A DNA stretch of 64,000 bases from a virus: IMG/VR virus record IMGVR_UViG_3300017917_003379; one strand, written 5' to 3'. The notes beneath the pieces were generated by a model. The model was not told the origin of the DNA. It did not search any database and saw nothing but the letters and a program-made list of their open reading frames with translations. Shown here one piece after another: positions 27,526-37,415 of the stretch (the stretch's first letter is position 1; each line of letters opens with the position of its first letter). A program made the position numbers and the translations under genes.

Positions 27526-29069
27526 TGACACTATTATATTATCAACCAGCATCAGCTTCATTTTCTTCTTCTATACAAGCTGTTTCTACTGATCCTTTAG
27601 CTCCATTTCCTAATATTATAGAATATAACAATATTACTCTAATAACAGGATCTGGAGTGTATAATATATATACAGGAAGTATAATATTAGCCACATATCC
27701 TATTGAGGATACTATTATTTATTATAGTTCCTCATATCTTCCCAATACAGTAGCTGTTGAAATTCCTCCTACTCAGTCTACTTTTCTAACACAATATATA
27801 TTTACTCCTAATATTATAGTTACTTCATCTAATGATGTATTTACAATATCTGGGTCATTATACACTGCTAGTTTTTCACAATCATCAGCAGCAGGAGGAA
27901 TATCTTTAAATTTAAATACAAACTATTTAACAACTATATCAGGTAGTGGATTATTCTATACTTCTTCTTTAATAATAATAAATACAAGTACTGGAATAAC
28001 TTCATCTTATATAACAGCATCTAATACTTACATATCTTCTAGCTTTTCAGGATCCTTATCAACAGATTCATATATTATATTAGCTAAAACAGAAACATTA
28101 TCTGGTTTTATGGCAACATTTAGCAGTTCTGCTGATATACCTGTGTTACCAACAGGTAGTTTAGTATCTTGGAGTGCATATTTAAACGCTACTGCTTCAT
28201 ATATTTCAAGTAGTGGAAATACTTTTTATTTAGCTGGTGGAAACTTATCTACTATTAATTCAATAATAATAACAGGATCTGCTCTTATTAATTTTAATAC
28301 ATATGGGATAACAGAATTAACCAGCTGTAGTTTTTATAATAATAAATTATCTACATTTCCTAATGTTTTAACTGCATCTAACTTACAATATTTCAATGTT
28401 GAATCTAATCTCATATCAGGGAGCATACCTAGTTTACCTAGTAATATACGTGCCTTCATAGCCCAGAATAATAAATTATCTGGTAGTATTCCTAATTTAT
28501 CTAGTTCTTATAGCTTACAACATTTTGATGTGAGTAACAATTACATAACAGGAAACATAAATTTAACAAATTGTTACAACCTACAATATTTTGACGTAAA
28601 TAACAATTTACTTTCAGGTAGTGTTTTAATTACAGGAAGTGAAAATTTAAAATACATTAACATAAGCAATAATAACCAATTAACAGGTAGTTTACCTAAT
28701 TTAAGTAACTTATATAATCTTACCTATATCAATTACAGTTACACATCTATGTCTGGTAATATACCTAGCATTGCAAGTTGTAGTCTTTTAACAGATTTTA
28801 TATGTGAATACAATGGTAGTAATAATGTTAATCCTCAAGAATATAAATTTACTGAAACTTTTCCTTCTACATTATTGAATTTTCAAGCATTCAATGCTAA
28901 CTTCCGAAAAACAGATTCAATAGAAAATATATTATATGGATTAGATGCAGGAGGAGGAATAAGTGGATCTGTAAATTTATCTGGTTCAAATAATGCTGTT
29001 CCTTCTTTTATTGGATATTCTTATACAGCATCTTTAAAAAATAAAGGATGGACAGTTTACACAAATTAA
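27525..29069 (+). CDS. Leucine-rich-repeat protein (plant-specific-type LRR), putative tail appendage
   Basis: LQYFNVESNLISGSIP, NNKLSGSIPNLS, NNQLTGSLPNLS repeats; ends KGWTVYTN. Confidence 0.7.
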   Translation: MTLLYYQPASASFSSSIQAVSTDPLAPFPNIIEYNNITLITGSGVYNIYTGSIILATYPIEDTIIYYSSSYLPNTVAVEIPPTQSTFLTQYIFTPNIIVTSSNDVFTISGSLYTASFSQSSAAGGISLNLNTNYLTTISGSGLFYTSSLIIINTSTGITSSYITASNTYISSSFSGSLSTDSYIILAKTETLSGFMATFSSSADIPVLPTGSLVSWSAYLNATASYISSSGNTFYLAGGNLSTINSIIITGSALINFNTYGITELTSCSFYNNKLSTFPNVLTASNLQYFNVESNLISGSIPSLPSNIRAFIAQNNKLSGSIPNLSSSYSLQHFDVSNNYITGNINLTNCYNLQYFDVNNNLLSGSVLITGSENLKYINISNNNQLTGSLPNLSNLYNLTYINYSYTSMSGNIPSIASCSLLTDFICEYNGSNNVNPQEYKFTETFPSTLLNFQAFNANFRKTDSIENILYGLDAGGGISGSVNLSGSNNAVPSFIGYSYTASLKNKGWTVYTN

Positions 29070-29110
29070 AAAATTAATATATTTATAGTATATATAACAA
29101 ATAATAAACA

Positions 29111-29776
29111 ATGGCAATATTAAACCCTACAGTAGTAACAGTAGATGCAATTTTAACCACAAAAGGTCGTGAGTTATTGGCTCGCAATGATGGTTCATTT
29201 CAGATTACCCAATTCTCACTTGCAGATGATGAAATTGATTATACATTATATAATCCAAATCACCCATCCGGGTCTGCATTTTATGGTGAAGCAATTGAAG
29301 CGATGCCTATGATTCAAGCATTTCCTGAAGATACACAAATTATGCGTTATAAATTAGTAACACTTCCTCGTGGTACATCACGTTTACCTGTTATTAGTTT
29401 AGGTTATAACACAATTACATTAAAACAAGGTGCTTCTTTAACAATCACCCCTCAAACACTTAATTATTTAGGTGCAACTTCAACATTTGAAGCTAATGGA
29501 TATGTTGCAACCATTGCAGATATTCGTTTATTATCTTCATTCCAAGGTACTGGTATTACAACAACCACTGTAGGTCAAGTTGGATTGAATACAACTGTTG
29601 GTACTGTATTATCTAAATCAGAACTTGGTACTTCATTTACTTTAACTGGTACAACTGTTAATACATTATTTGGTAGTTCATTAACTACACTATCTACTAC
29701 AATCACAGTAATTGGTAGAGACAGTGGAGCCAGAATTACAATTCCAGTAAATATTCAAAAAGTATCAACTATATAA
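29111..29776 (+). CDS. Virion structural protein
   Basis: VDAILTTKGRELLAR...ITQFSLADDEIDY; structural-module position. Confidence 0.6.
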   Translation: MAILNPTVVTVDAILTTKGRELLARNDGSFQITQFSLADDEIDYTLYNPNHPSGSAFYGEAIEAMPMIQAFPEDTQIMRYKLVTLPRGTSRLPVISLGYNTITLKQGASLTITPQTLNYLGATSTFEANGYVATIADIRLLSSFQGTGITTTTVGQVGLNTTVGTVLSKSELGTSFTLTGTTVNTLFGSSLTTLSTTITVIGRDSGARITIPVNIQKVSTI

Positions 29777-29794
29777 TTTAAAATAACTTAAAAA

Positions 29795-30781
29795 ATGTCA
29801 TTTGTAAGATATAACCCCGAAGATTCAGTAATAAGTGCAGAAAGTGTAGTTAGACCTATGTGGACTAACGACTTATATACATTATCATCTTTTTTCACAG
29901 CTAGTGGATATACTGAATATTATTTAGATGTTTATAACCAATCTCCTTCTACTACAGGTTCAGAAGTACAATTTTCTATCCAATATGGTAATAGATTAGG
30001 ATCTGGATCTGCCCTTATTAACACTGCCACTCCAGGATATACTCCTTCTCGTGTTATATATGGTCAGTATAGAAATTTAGTTTATGGTACTGAAACTAAT
30101 GATTTTAGCTTTGATGGGGGGGTTACAACAGCAAATGATATCTATATAATTAATATTTCAAGAGCTCGTTATAAAGAATCAATTCAACCTGGCTCTTTAA
30201 ATTTGTCCTTAACAAGTGGTAGTGCAACTATTCAATTAACAGATGATAGTAATACTACTTCATTAACTCGTTTTATAGGAGAAAATAGAGTATTTTATAT
30301 TATTAGTGGAAGTAACGGAAACGCATATACAAGTAGTGCTGCGACAATCTACTATGGTATGATGTTACCTGATTTAGGGTTTATTGTATTAAATGGTACT
30401 GGGTCAGGTGCTAATACTTTAGCTCCTTACATCCAAGCAGCAAGTCAAGCAACTTCTTCTGCTCAAAATAACCATTTAAAACTATTCAATTCTATTTCAG
30501 CTAGTGGTAATTTTCAATTACGTTCTCAAGAAACAGTATCTTCTCGTTTCTTTTTCACTCGTGTTAAAAATAGTGAATTTAATTATACAACTAACCCATC
30601 TATTATAGATGCTAATGGTAATTTACTATATACTACATTGATTAATAATCCTCAAACTTTTATTACTACTGTTGGTATGTACAACGATAATAATGAATTA
30701 TTAGCTGTAGCTAAGTTAAGTAAACCATTAGTAAAAGATTTCACTAAAGAAGCCTTAATTAGGATTAAGTTAGACTATTAA
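29795..30781 (+). CDS. Tail/baseplate structural protein
   Basis: C-terminal TTVGMYNDNNELLAVAKLSKP (tail-collar-fibre-like) motif. Confidence 0.6.
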   Translation: MSFVRYNPEDSVISAESVVRPMWTNDLYTLSSFFTASGYTEYYLDVYNQSPSTTGSEVQFSIQYGNRLGSGSALINTATPGYTPSRVIYGQYRNLVYGTETNDFSFDGGVTTANDIYIINISRARYKESIQPGSLNLSLTSGSATIQLTDDSNTTSLTRFIGENRVFYIISGSNGNAYTSSAATIYYGMMLPDLGFIVLNGTGSGANTLAPYIQAASQATSSAQNNHLKLFNSISASGNFQLRSQETVSSRFFFTRVKNSEFNYTTNPSIIDANGNLLYTTLINNPQTFITTVGMYNDNNELLAVAKLSKPLVKDFTKEALIRIKLDY

Positions 30782-30784
30782 TGC

Positions 30785-31588
30785 ATGTCGTCATTCAAAA
30801 AATTAAACAAAGCTGACATTACTACAGTTCCATATGCTGCTAATAAGCAATGGAACTTGTCATTTTCTTGTTTTCCTACTTCTAGTGAATATATAACTAT
30901 ATATAAAGGTACTAATCTTACCAGTAGTTTCTCTTCAGGAAGTGATCCTATAAGTGAAGGACAATATGAAAGATTAATTTATGCTTCTATAAATCATTTG
31001 TTCTATCAAAAATATACTGATACTCTTAATACAGGATCATTAATGTTTGATATTAACACGTATGAATCTGCTTCTCAACAACGTCCCACTGGAGCTTATT
31101 TTGATTACAATATTAATCCCTTATTAATTAAAAACTTCCCAACAGGAGCTAATGAAAGCATTCGTGTATTATCTATTAATAGAAATATATATGGTAATAA
31201 AATATTACCTTATTCTTTCATATTATCTTCATCTGCATATTATGTAACAGATGATGGATATGGAAATTTATATGATACAGGAAGTATTAACGGATATGTA
31301 CACATAGGAAATATATTTTATGCTCATGGTGTTGCAATAATTACAAATCCAGATTATCAATCAATGTTTCCTTTCTCGTCTGCATCTTGTTTTCCTGCTT
31401 GTCATACTTATGAAGTTGCTCCTAAACCTGAAGGTGATCTAGAAATTCAATGGACACAATGTGATGGAATAGTTACTAGTAGCCTTTATATATGGCCAGA
31501 TAGTGGATCCATATGTGCTCAAACAGGATCCGTAATTAGAATTGGAAGTAATGACGGTTTTATAACAAAAGGAAGCTCCTGCATTTAA
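30785..31588 (+). CDS. Tail/baseplate structural protein with Cys-rich C-terminal module
   Basis: TDDGYGNL...GNIFYAHG; terminal C..TY...QWTQCDG...ICA...SCI. Confidence 0.6.
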   Translation: MSSFKKLNKADITTVPYAANKQWNLSFSCFPTSSEYITIYKGTNLTSSFSSGSDPISEGQYERLIYASINHLFYQKYTDTLNTGSLMFDINTYESASQQRPTGAYFDYNINPLLIKNFPTGANESIRVLSINRNIYGNKILPYSFILSSSAYYVTDDGYGNLYDTGSINGYVHIGNIFYAHGVAIITNPDYQSMFPFSSASCFPACHTYEVAPKPEGDLEIQWTQCDGIVTSSLYIWPDSGSICAQTGSVIRIGSNDGFITKGSSCI

Positions 31589-31600
31589 ATATTTATACCC

Positions 31601-31912
31601 ATGCCAGCAATATCACATACAGGATCGTTTACTTTATCTTTTCAAAATGAACATATAATTCATGAAAATGAAATACGTTGTATTGTAAAAGAAAGTGAAT
31701 TTAATTTATCTTATAATCCAACATTAGTAACAGGTAGTTATGAAGGAGGAATATTAAGAAACTTTGCTACTGGGTCTGATTTTCAACCATATGTTACTTC
31801 TATTGGTATGTATAATGATGAAAATGAATTATTAATGGTTGCAAAATTAAGTAAACCAATTATGGTGTTTCCCGATACAGATATGACTTTTATAGTTAAA
31901 TATGATTTATAA
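31601..31912 (+). CDS. Small structural protein, paralogue of the 29795 C-terminal domain
   Basis: SEFNLSYNPTL...TSIGMYNDENELLMVAKLSKP. Confidence 0.65.
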   Translation: MPAISHTGSFTLSFQNEHIIHENEIRCIVKESEFNLSYNPTLVTGSYEGGILRNFATGSDFQPYVTSIGMYNDENELLMVAKLSKPIMVFPDTDMTFIVKYDL

Positions 31913-31936
31913 TAATTCGCATATATTTAATAAGTT

Positions 31937-32368
31937 ATGAATAAGTGGCAATATAAAGAAGAATTTAACCCTGAAAATTATTTGGGTTTTGTTTACAAAA
32001 TAACTAATCTTACAAATAAAAAGTTTTATATTGGCAAAAAATACTTTTGGTTTAGTAAAAAGAAAAAATTAACTAAAACACAACTTGCTGAACAAACCGG
32101 ACCCGGCCGTAAACCAACACACGAAATTATTCAAACAGAAAGTGATTGGAAAACATATTGGGGGTCATCTAAAGAATTACTTAAAGATATTAAAGAATTA
32201 GGTGAAGAACATTTCGAATGTGTTATACTTAAATTATGTAAAACCAAAAAACAACTAACATATTTTGAAATGCATTATCAATGTATAAATGAATGTTTAA
32301 TGTCTCCTTCATATAATGATAATATTCTTGGAAAATTCTATCGTAAAGATTTTGATTTGGCAGAATAA
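31937..32368 (+). CDS. GIY-YIG endonuclease (T4 EndoII/DenA-like)
   Basis: GFVYKITNLTNKKFYIGKK...YWGSS...E...YNDN. Confidence 0.75.
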   Translation: MNKWQYKEEFNPENYLGFVYKITNLTNKKFYIGKKYFWFSKKKKLTKTQLAEQTGPGRKPTHEIIQTESDWKTYWGSSKELLKDIKELGEEHFECVILKLCKTKKQLTYFEMHYQCINECLMSPSYNDNILGKFYRKDFDLAE

Positions 32369-32386
32369 CTTACTATCTTTGTAGTT

Positions 32387-33325
32387 ATGGAAAATGCTGC
32401 CCTTTTAATACTATTAGAATCTGTATTAGGTCGTGGTGATAAAACTAGTAGAGGTAATTATGCCTTTAAATGCCCTTTTTGTCAACACCACAAAAATAAA
32501 TTAGAAATCAACTGCATAACAAACGAAAAAAAAGAAAATCCTTGGCATTGTTGGGTATGTGAAGCAAAAGGAAAAACAATTAAATCTCTTTTTAAATCGC
32601 TGAAGGTATCCACTAATAAAATGTTAGAATTAAATATGGTTATTGTTCCTGGTAAACAGAAAGAAAAAACCATATCTACAGTATTAAGTTTACCCAAAGA
32701 ATTTATTCCATTATATAAACCAATTGATGATAGAATTACACAAATTGAAGCAAAACATGCTATTAAATTTTTACGTAAACGTGGAATAACAATTGAAGAT
32801 ATTATAAAATATAATATAGGTTTTTGTAATGAAGGACCTTATAAAGAACGTATTATTATACCTTCATATGATGAAAAAGGAATAATAAACTATTTCATAG
32901 CCAGATCCTATAAAGATAATACTACAAAATATAAAAACCCTCCAGCTGATGCTAAATCAATTATTGGATGGGAGTTATATATAAATTGGGATGCTCCTAT
33001 TATTTTAGTAGAAGGTATATTTGATGCTTTAACTATTAAGAGAAATGTTATTCCTCTATTTGGGAAAATAATTCATGAAAAACTAATGCAAAAATTAGTA
33101 CGTTCAACTGTTAATAAAATATATATAGCTTTAGATCCTGATGCTATTAAGAATGCTTTAAAACATGCTGAATTATTAATGTCATATAATAAAGAAGTAT
33201 ATTTAGTAGAATTAGATGGTAAGGATGCTAATGAAATTGGATTTGAAAATTTTTTAAAATCAATAGAAAACACACAACCGCTTACTTTCCAAAGTTTATT
33301 ATCCAAAAAATTACAATTAATATGA
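32387..33325 (+). CDS. DNA primase (Zn finger + TOPRIM)
   Basis: CPFC...HCWVC; LVEGIFDAL; ALDPDA; KDANE. Confidence 0.88.
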   Translation: MENAALLILLESVLGRGDKTSRGNYAFKCPFCQHHKNKLEINCITNEKKENPWHCWVCEAKGKTIKSLFKSLKVSTNKMLELNMVIVPGKQKEKTISTVLSLPKEFIPLYKPIDDRITQIEAKHAIKFLRKRGITIEDIIKYNIGFCNEGPYKERIIIPSYDEKGIINYFIARSYKDNTTKYKNPPADAKSIIGWELYINWDAPIILVEGIFDALTIKRNVIPLFGKIIHEKLMQKLVRSTVNKIYIALDPDAIKNALKHAELLMSYNKEVYLVELDGKDANEIGFENFLKSIENTQPLTFQSLLSKKLQLI

Positions 33326-34107
33326 TAGAAAAAAGTACAAATATAATTAAAGACCCAAAAATTAAACGTATCGTTGAATATACAGAAGATAATAAACAAA
33401 TTAACATTTTAGACTCCAGATTCTACAGACGGAATGGCAAATATTATCCTTCAGTAACTTCAATATTAAATTACTTTCCTAAAAACCAATTTTTTCATAG
33501 TTGGTTAAAAGATGTAGGACATAATTCAGACATCATTGCTTCTAAAGCAGCAGCAGAAGGTACTGCTGTACATAATGCTATTGAATCTTTTTTAAATGGT
33601 GATGAAATAAACTGGTTAGACGATTATGGAAATACTAAATATAATTTAGAAGTTTGGAAAATGATATTAAAATTCGCTGAATTTTGGAATACACACAAAC
33701 CAGAATTAGTAGCTTCTGAATATCATTTATTTTCAGATGAACATGAATTTGCAGGAACTGCCGATTTAGTAGTTAAATGGTTAGACAATTTATGGTTATT
33801 AGATATCAAAACTTCCAATTCATTACACACCAGCTATGATTTACAATTATCGGCTTACGCTACAGCATGGAACGAAACACACAACGAAAAAATTACACGT
33901 ACTGGTATAGTATGGTTAAAAGCATCTACCCGTAGTGAAGGTAAAAATGGTAAAATCCAAGGTAAGGGATGGGAAGTAAAAATGATAGATAATATTGAAA
34001 ATAACTTTAAAATGTTTAAATATATACAAGAAATATATAAACTTGAAAACCCTGAATCTAAACCATATACTGAATTATTACCTACTGTAGTTAAGTTAAA
34101 CCATTAA
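33322..34107 (+). CDS. PD-(D/E)XK exonuclease
   Basis: YPSVTSIL, GTAVH, AGTADL, LLDIKTS, QLSAY. Confidence 0.85.
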   Translation: MIEKSTNIIKDPKIKRIVEYTEDNKQINILDSRFYRRNGKYYPSVTSILNYFPKNQFFHSWLKDVGHNSDIIASKAAAEGTAVHNAIESFLNGDEINWLDDYGNTKYNLEVWKMILKFAEFWNTHKPELVASEYHLFSDEHEFAGTADLVVKWLDNLWLLDIKTSNSLHTSYDLQLSAYATAWNETHNEKITRTGIVWLKASTRSEGKNGKIQGKGWEVKMIDNIENNFKMFKYIQEIYKLENPESKPYTELLPTVVKLNH

Positions 34108-34133
34108 ATATTTATAGATATATACTATAAAAT

Positions 34134-35891
34134 ATGGATATTCTCAATAAACAGTGGTGGAAACAAGTACTTCAACTAAACGAAATAGTAGATAATGATG
34201 TTGAAGATAAAATAATAAAAGGATTTTCATTATATAGATTTCCATCAGGGTTTGGTAGAGCTTACAAAACATCAAATGGTAAAGCATCTCCTTTTCTAGC
34301 TAAACAGATAAATAAATGGATTGAAAAAACATTCCCTGAAAGTAAAGTTAGAGTAGCGTATGAAAAAACGTATGCTACTATTAATATATTCAATCCTAAT
34401 GTTATTCATGAGATGTCTTCTATTCAAGAATCACCTCCTATTAATTTTGGAGATGACTCCCCATATCAAAATTATATTCTACAAAATCGCCATAAAATAG
34501 AACAAGCTGCTTATGCTTTTAATATTCCTATTAGTGATATGGAATATGCATTTAGTGGTGGTAATGAAGTAGTATTAAATGATGAAATGTGGAAAGAAAT
34601 GGAAAATACTAAGTCTTATAATATGAAGACATTAGAAGATGCTATTTCACACGCTTTAAAAATAGGTATTGATCCTAAACCCTATATTGATTATATTAAA
34701 CAGAAAAAAGATATACCCCTTCCTCTTGTATTACAATATTCTCAAGGGAAATATTATTTAGTTGGTGGTGAAATAGTATTATCTATTTATAGATCTTTAG
34801 GCATAATTCCTACTGTACTTTTAGCTACATTAAATTTACAAGATAAAACTTTATCTAAACCTATATTTGAAAATCAAAACAATACCGCAGAATTTAAAAA
34901 TAAACAGATAGATACTATTAAACATTTTTTAAAATATGCTGTTAAAGAATTAGATATAAAACAATTACCTAAAGGTTTAACATTATCGTATGATAATGAA
35001 AAAGCTAAAACTCACCATACATTTGGTACTTTTGATCCTAATTCTGATAAAATATGGTTATACGTTAAAAATAGAAATTTAGCTGATATTCTTCGTACAT
35101 TGGCTCATGAATTAGTTCATCGTAAACAAGCCGAAGAAGGTAGAATAGACATAAATAGTGGAGAAACTGGTAGTGAAATTGAAAATGAAGCCAATGCAAA
35201 AGCAGGAGTATTATTAAGAAATTTTGGTAAAAAACACGAAGAAATTTACGAAGCTAAAAATAGATTTGGAAATTATCTTTTCGGAGATAAAAAATCAGGT
35301 GTTAAAATAGGATGGTATAAAGATGAAATGGAAAAAGATACACCTGCTGAAAAAAAATTATTTGATTTAATAAAAAAATATGCTGATTCTGAACATAGTG
35401 TTTATTCAAAAATAAAATTAGACGATTTAGTCCCTTTATTTAAAATAATCAGAACACAATATCCTGAAATAGGAAAACCCAATCCTGACGAATATATCTA
35501 TAGAGGTACATCTATACCTAAAGAAAAATTAGATGAATTAATAAATAATGCTAAAAACATAGAACCTTATTCTCAAGGTATTATATTATTAAATCAAATG
35601 TATTCTTCAAGACGTCAAGTCCAATCCTGGAGTACAAAATATTACAATGCTGCTAGTTTCGCTGCGGGCACTGCAGAACGTAAAAAAGAAGCCGCTATAA
35701 TTATGAGAGCCAAATCAAGTGATGCTGATTTATATTTTAATCCGGATTTTATGAATAAATTAAGTTCACAAATTGAATATGAAACTTTTAATATTGTAAA
35801 TCCAATTCCTGTAGATATCATGGTGTTAGAAGAATATAAAGATGAATTTGAAGATATGGAAGCAGGGTACTTACATAATAAAGAACAATAA
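34134..35891 (+). CDS. Multidomain protein: ParB-like + zincin (HExxH) + ADP-ribosyltransferase-like
   Basis: PLPLVLQY..YYLVGG; TLAHELVHRKQ...E.EANA; YIYRG...QSWST...IEYE. Confidence 0.55.
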   Translation: MDILNKQWWKQVLQLNEIVDNDVEDKIIKGFSLYRFPSGFGRAYKTSNGKASPFLAKQINKWIEKTFPESKVRVAYEKTYATINIFNPNVIHEMSSIQESPPINFGDDSPYQNYILQNRHKIEQAAYAFNIPISDMEYAFSGGNEVVLNDEMWKEMENTKSYNMKTLEDAISHALKIGIDPKPYIDYIKQKKDIPLPLVLQYSQGKYYLVGGEIVLSIYRSLGIIPTVLLATLNLQDKTLSKPIFENQNNTAEFKNKQIDTIKHFLKYAVKELDIKQLPKGLTLSYDNEKAKTHHTFGTFDPNSDKIWLYVKNRNLADILRTLAHELVHRKQAEEGRIDINSGETGSEIENEANAKAGVLLRNFGKKHEEIYEAKNRFGNYLFGDKKSGVKIGWYKDEMEKDTPAEKKLFDLIKKYADSEHSVYSKIKLDDLVPLFKIIRTQYPEIGKPNPDEYIYRGTSIPKEKLDELINNAKNIEPYSQGIILLNQMYSSRRQVQSWSTKYYNAASFAAGTAERKKEAAIIMRAKSSDADLYFNPDFMNKLSSQIEYETFNIVNPIPVDIMVLEEYKDEFEDMEAGYLHNKEQ

Positions 35892-35909
35892 ATAAAATAA
35901 ATTAGGTTT

Positions 35910-36494
35910 ATGAGTGATAATATGTTAAAGTGCGAATTTCGCGGAAAAGATGTACAACGTATGCGTAATATCATTACTAAAGATTACAACGCAAAAACAA
36001 GTACACAAATAGGGTATACTAAAGAATATATTGAACATAAAGAAGGAGATATATGGGAAGAAAATAATAAAACATGGACTATTAAGAATGGTATTAAAAT
36101 GACCATTACTAAGTTAGATATAGTTAGAAAAGCATTAAATATGCCACTTACTTGTCCTACTTGTCATCAACCCATGAATAAAGGTAGATTAGATAAAGTA
36201 ATGTATTCTATCCATAAACAATGTTCTGATTGTGTTATTAAACATGAAACAGAATTAAAACGTCAAGGTAAATTTGAAGAATATCAACAAAATATCAATA
36301 AACAAAGTATATCATACCATATTAAAGAAATGGAAAATATATTGTTAGAATTGGCTTTAAATCAATCTAATGATTCCTTTGTGACTGAAGATGGTGATGT
36401 TGAATCGTGGAAAGGTAAAGGAATTGATTATAAAAAAATAACAGAAGACATCCAAGAATATATTCAAAAATTAAAAGATGTTTTGAATTCATAA
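35910..36494 (+). CDS. Zn-ribbon-containing conserved phage protein
   Basis: KEGDIWEE..KTWTIKNG; CPTC...CSDC. Confidence 0.65.
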   Translation: MSDNMLKCEFRGKDVQRMRNIITKDYNAKTSTQIGYTKEYIEHKEGDIWEENNKTWTIKNGIKMTITKLDIVRKALNMPLTCPTCHQPMNKGRLDKVMYSIHKQCSDCVIKHETELKRQGKFEEYQQNINKQSISYHIKEMENILLELALNQSNDSFVTEDGDVESWKGKGIDYKKITEDIQEYIQKLKDVLNS

Positions 36495-36545
36495 TATTTA
36501 TGGGCAATACCTATTTAAACCAATAAAAATAGTTTAGAATTGATT

Positions 36546-37166
36546 ATGCCCACAGAATTAACCGTTGCTATAGTATCATCTGTATTTACTGCTATTATAG
36601 GTCCTATTGCAGTACATTATTTTAAAGAAAAATTAAACAAAAAATCTAAAGATATATTAAAAGAAACCTTAGAAGAAAATACATTAATAATTAATAAATT
36701 AGAAGAAATTAAAAATATCCATAAAGCAGACAGAGTTTGGATAATGCAATTTCATAACGGAGGTAATTTTTACCCAACTGGAAAATCAATCCAGAAATTT
36801 AGCATGTGTTACGAATTAGTAGAATATGGAGTTAGTTCTATTCAACAAAATTTTCAAAATATACCTATTAGCTTATTTAGCAAATCTATAAATCATCTTT
36901 TAGAAGAAGACATAATTGCTATCCCTGATTTTAAGGATGAAACTATACCTACTTATGGGTTAAAATATGTTGCTGAAGAATATGGTTGTAAAAGTGCCTA
37001 TTTAGTTGCTATTAAATCTATAGATGGTAAGTATGTAGGAACATTAGGTATAGAATATACTAAACGTAAAACATCTCTTTCTCAAGAAGAAATAAATAAC
37101 CTATGGATTGAATCAACAGCAATAGGTGGGGTATTGATTTCTTCATTCAAAAACAAAACAATATGA
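36546..37166 (+). CDS. Single-TM GAF-domain protein, T4 holin T-like
   Basis: N-terminal TM, then ADRVWIMQFHNGG...VGTLGIEY GAF-type pattern. Confidence 0.5.
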   Translation: MPTELTVAIVSSVFTAIIGPIAVHYFKEKLNKKSKDILKETLEENTLIINKLEEIKNIHKADRVWIMQFHNGGNFYPTGKSIQKFSMCYELVEYGVSSIQQNFQNIPISLFSKSINHLLEEDIIAIPDFKDETIPTYGLKYVAEEYGCKSAYLVAIKSIDGKYVGTLGIEYTKRKTSLSQEEINNLWIESTAIGGVLISSFKNKTI

Positions 37167-37411
37167 TTAAGCTAATAGATATGCTAAAAGAACATGAAGA
37201 AGGAGAAGAATATCCTCCTTACATGTATTCATCAGTAGGATTTGGTTGTCATGTATGTGATTATTATTATACAAAAGATGATAAACATATGTGTCGAAAT
37301 GAACATTATCAAGAATTAATGGGTACTGATGAATTAATTAACCCCAAGACTAAAAAACCAATTAAAGATCCATCAAAATATTGTTCAAACTGGTTTGAAC
37401 CTAAAAAATAA
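37163..37411 (+). CDS. Tagged (family A) small Cys-containing protein
   Basis: MIKLIDMLKE leader; CHVC...C...C. Confidence 0.7.
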   Translation: MIKLIDMLKEHEEGEEYPPYMYSSVGFGCHVCDYYYTKDDKHMCRNEHYQELMGTDELINPKTKKPIKDPSKYCSNWFEPKK

Positions 37412-37415
37412 TAAT

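Noticed and set aside
33322-34107. Cas4 / CRISPR adaptation gene
   Set aside because: PD-(D/E)XK motifs present but no four-Cys Fe-S cluster motif; sits with primase as a replication/recombination nuclease
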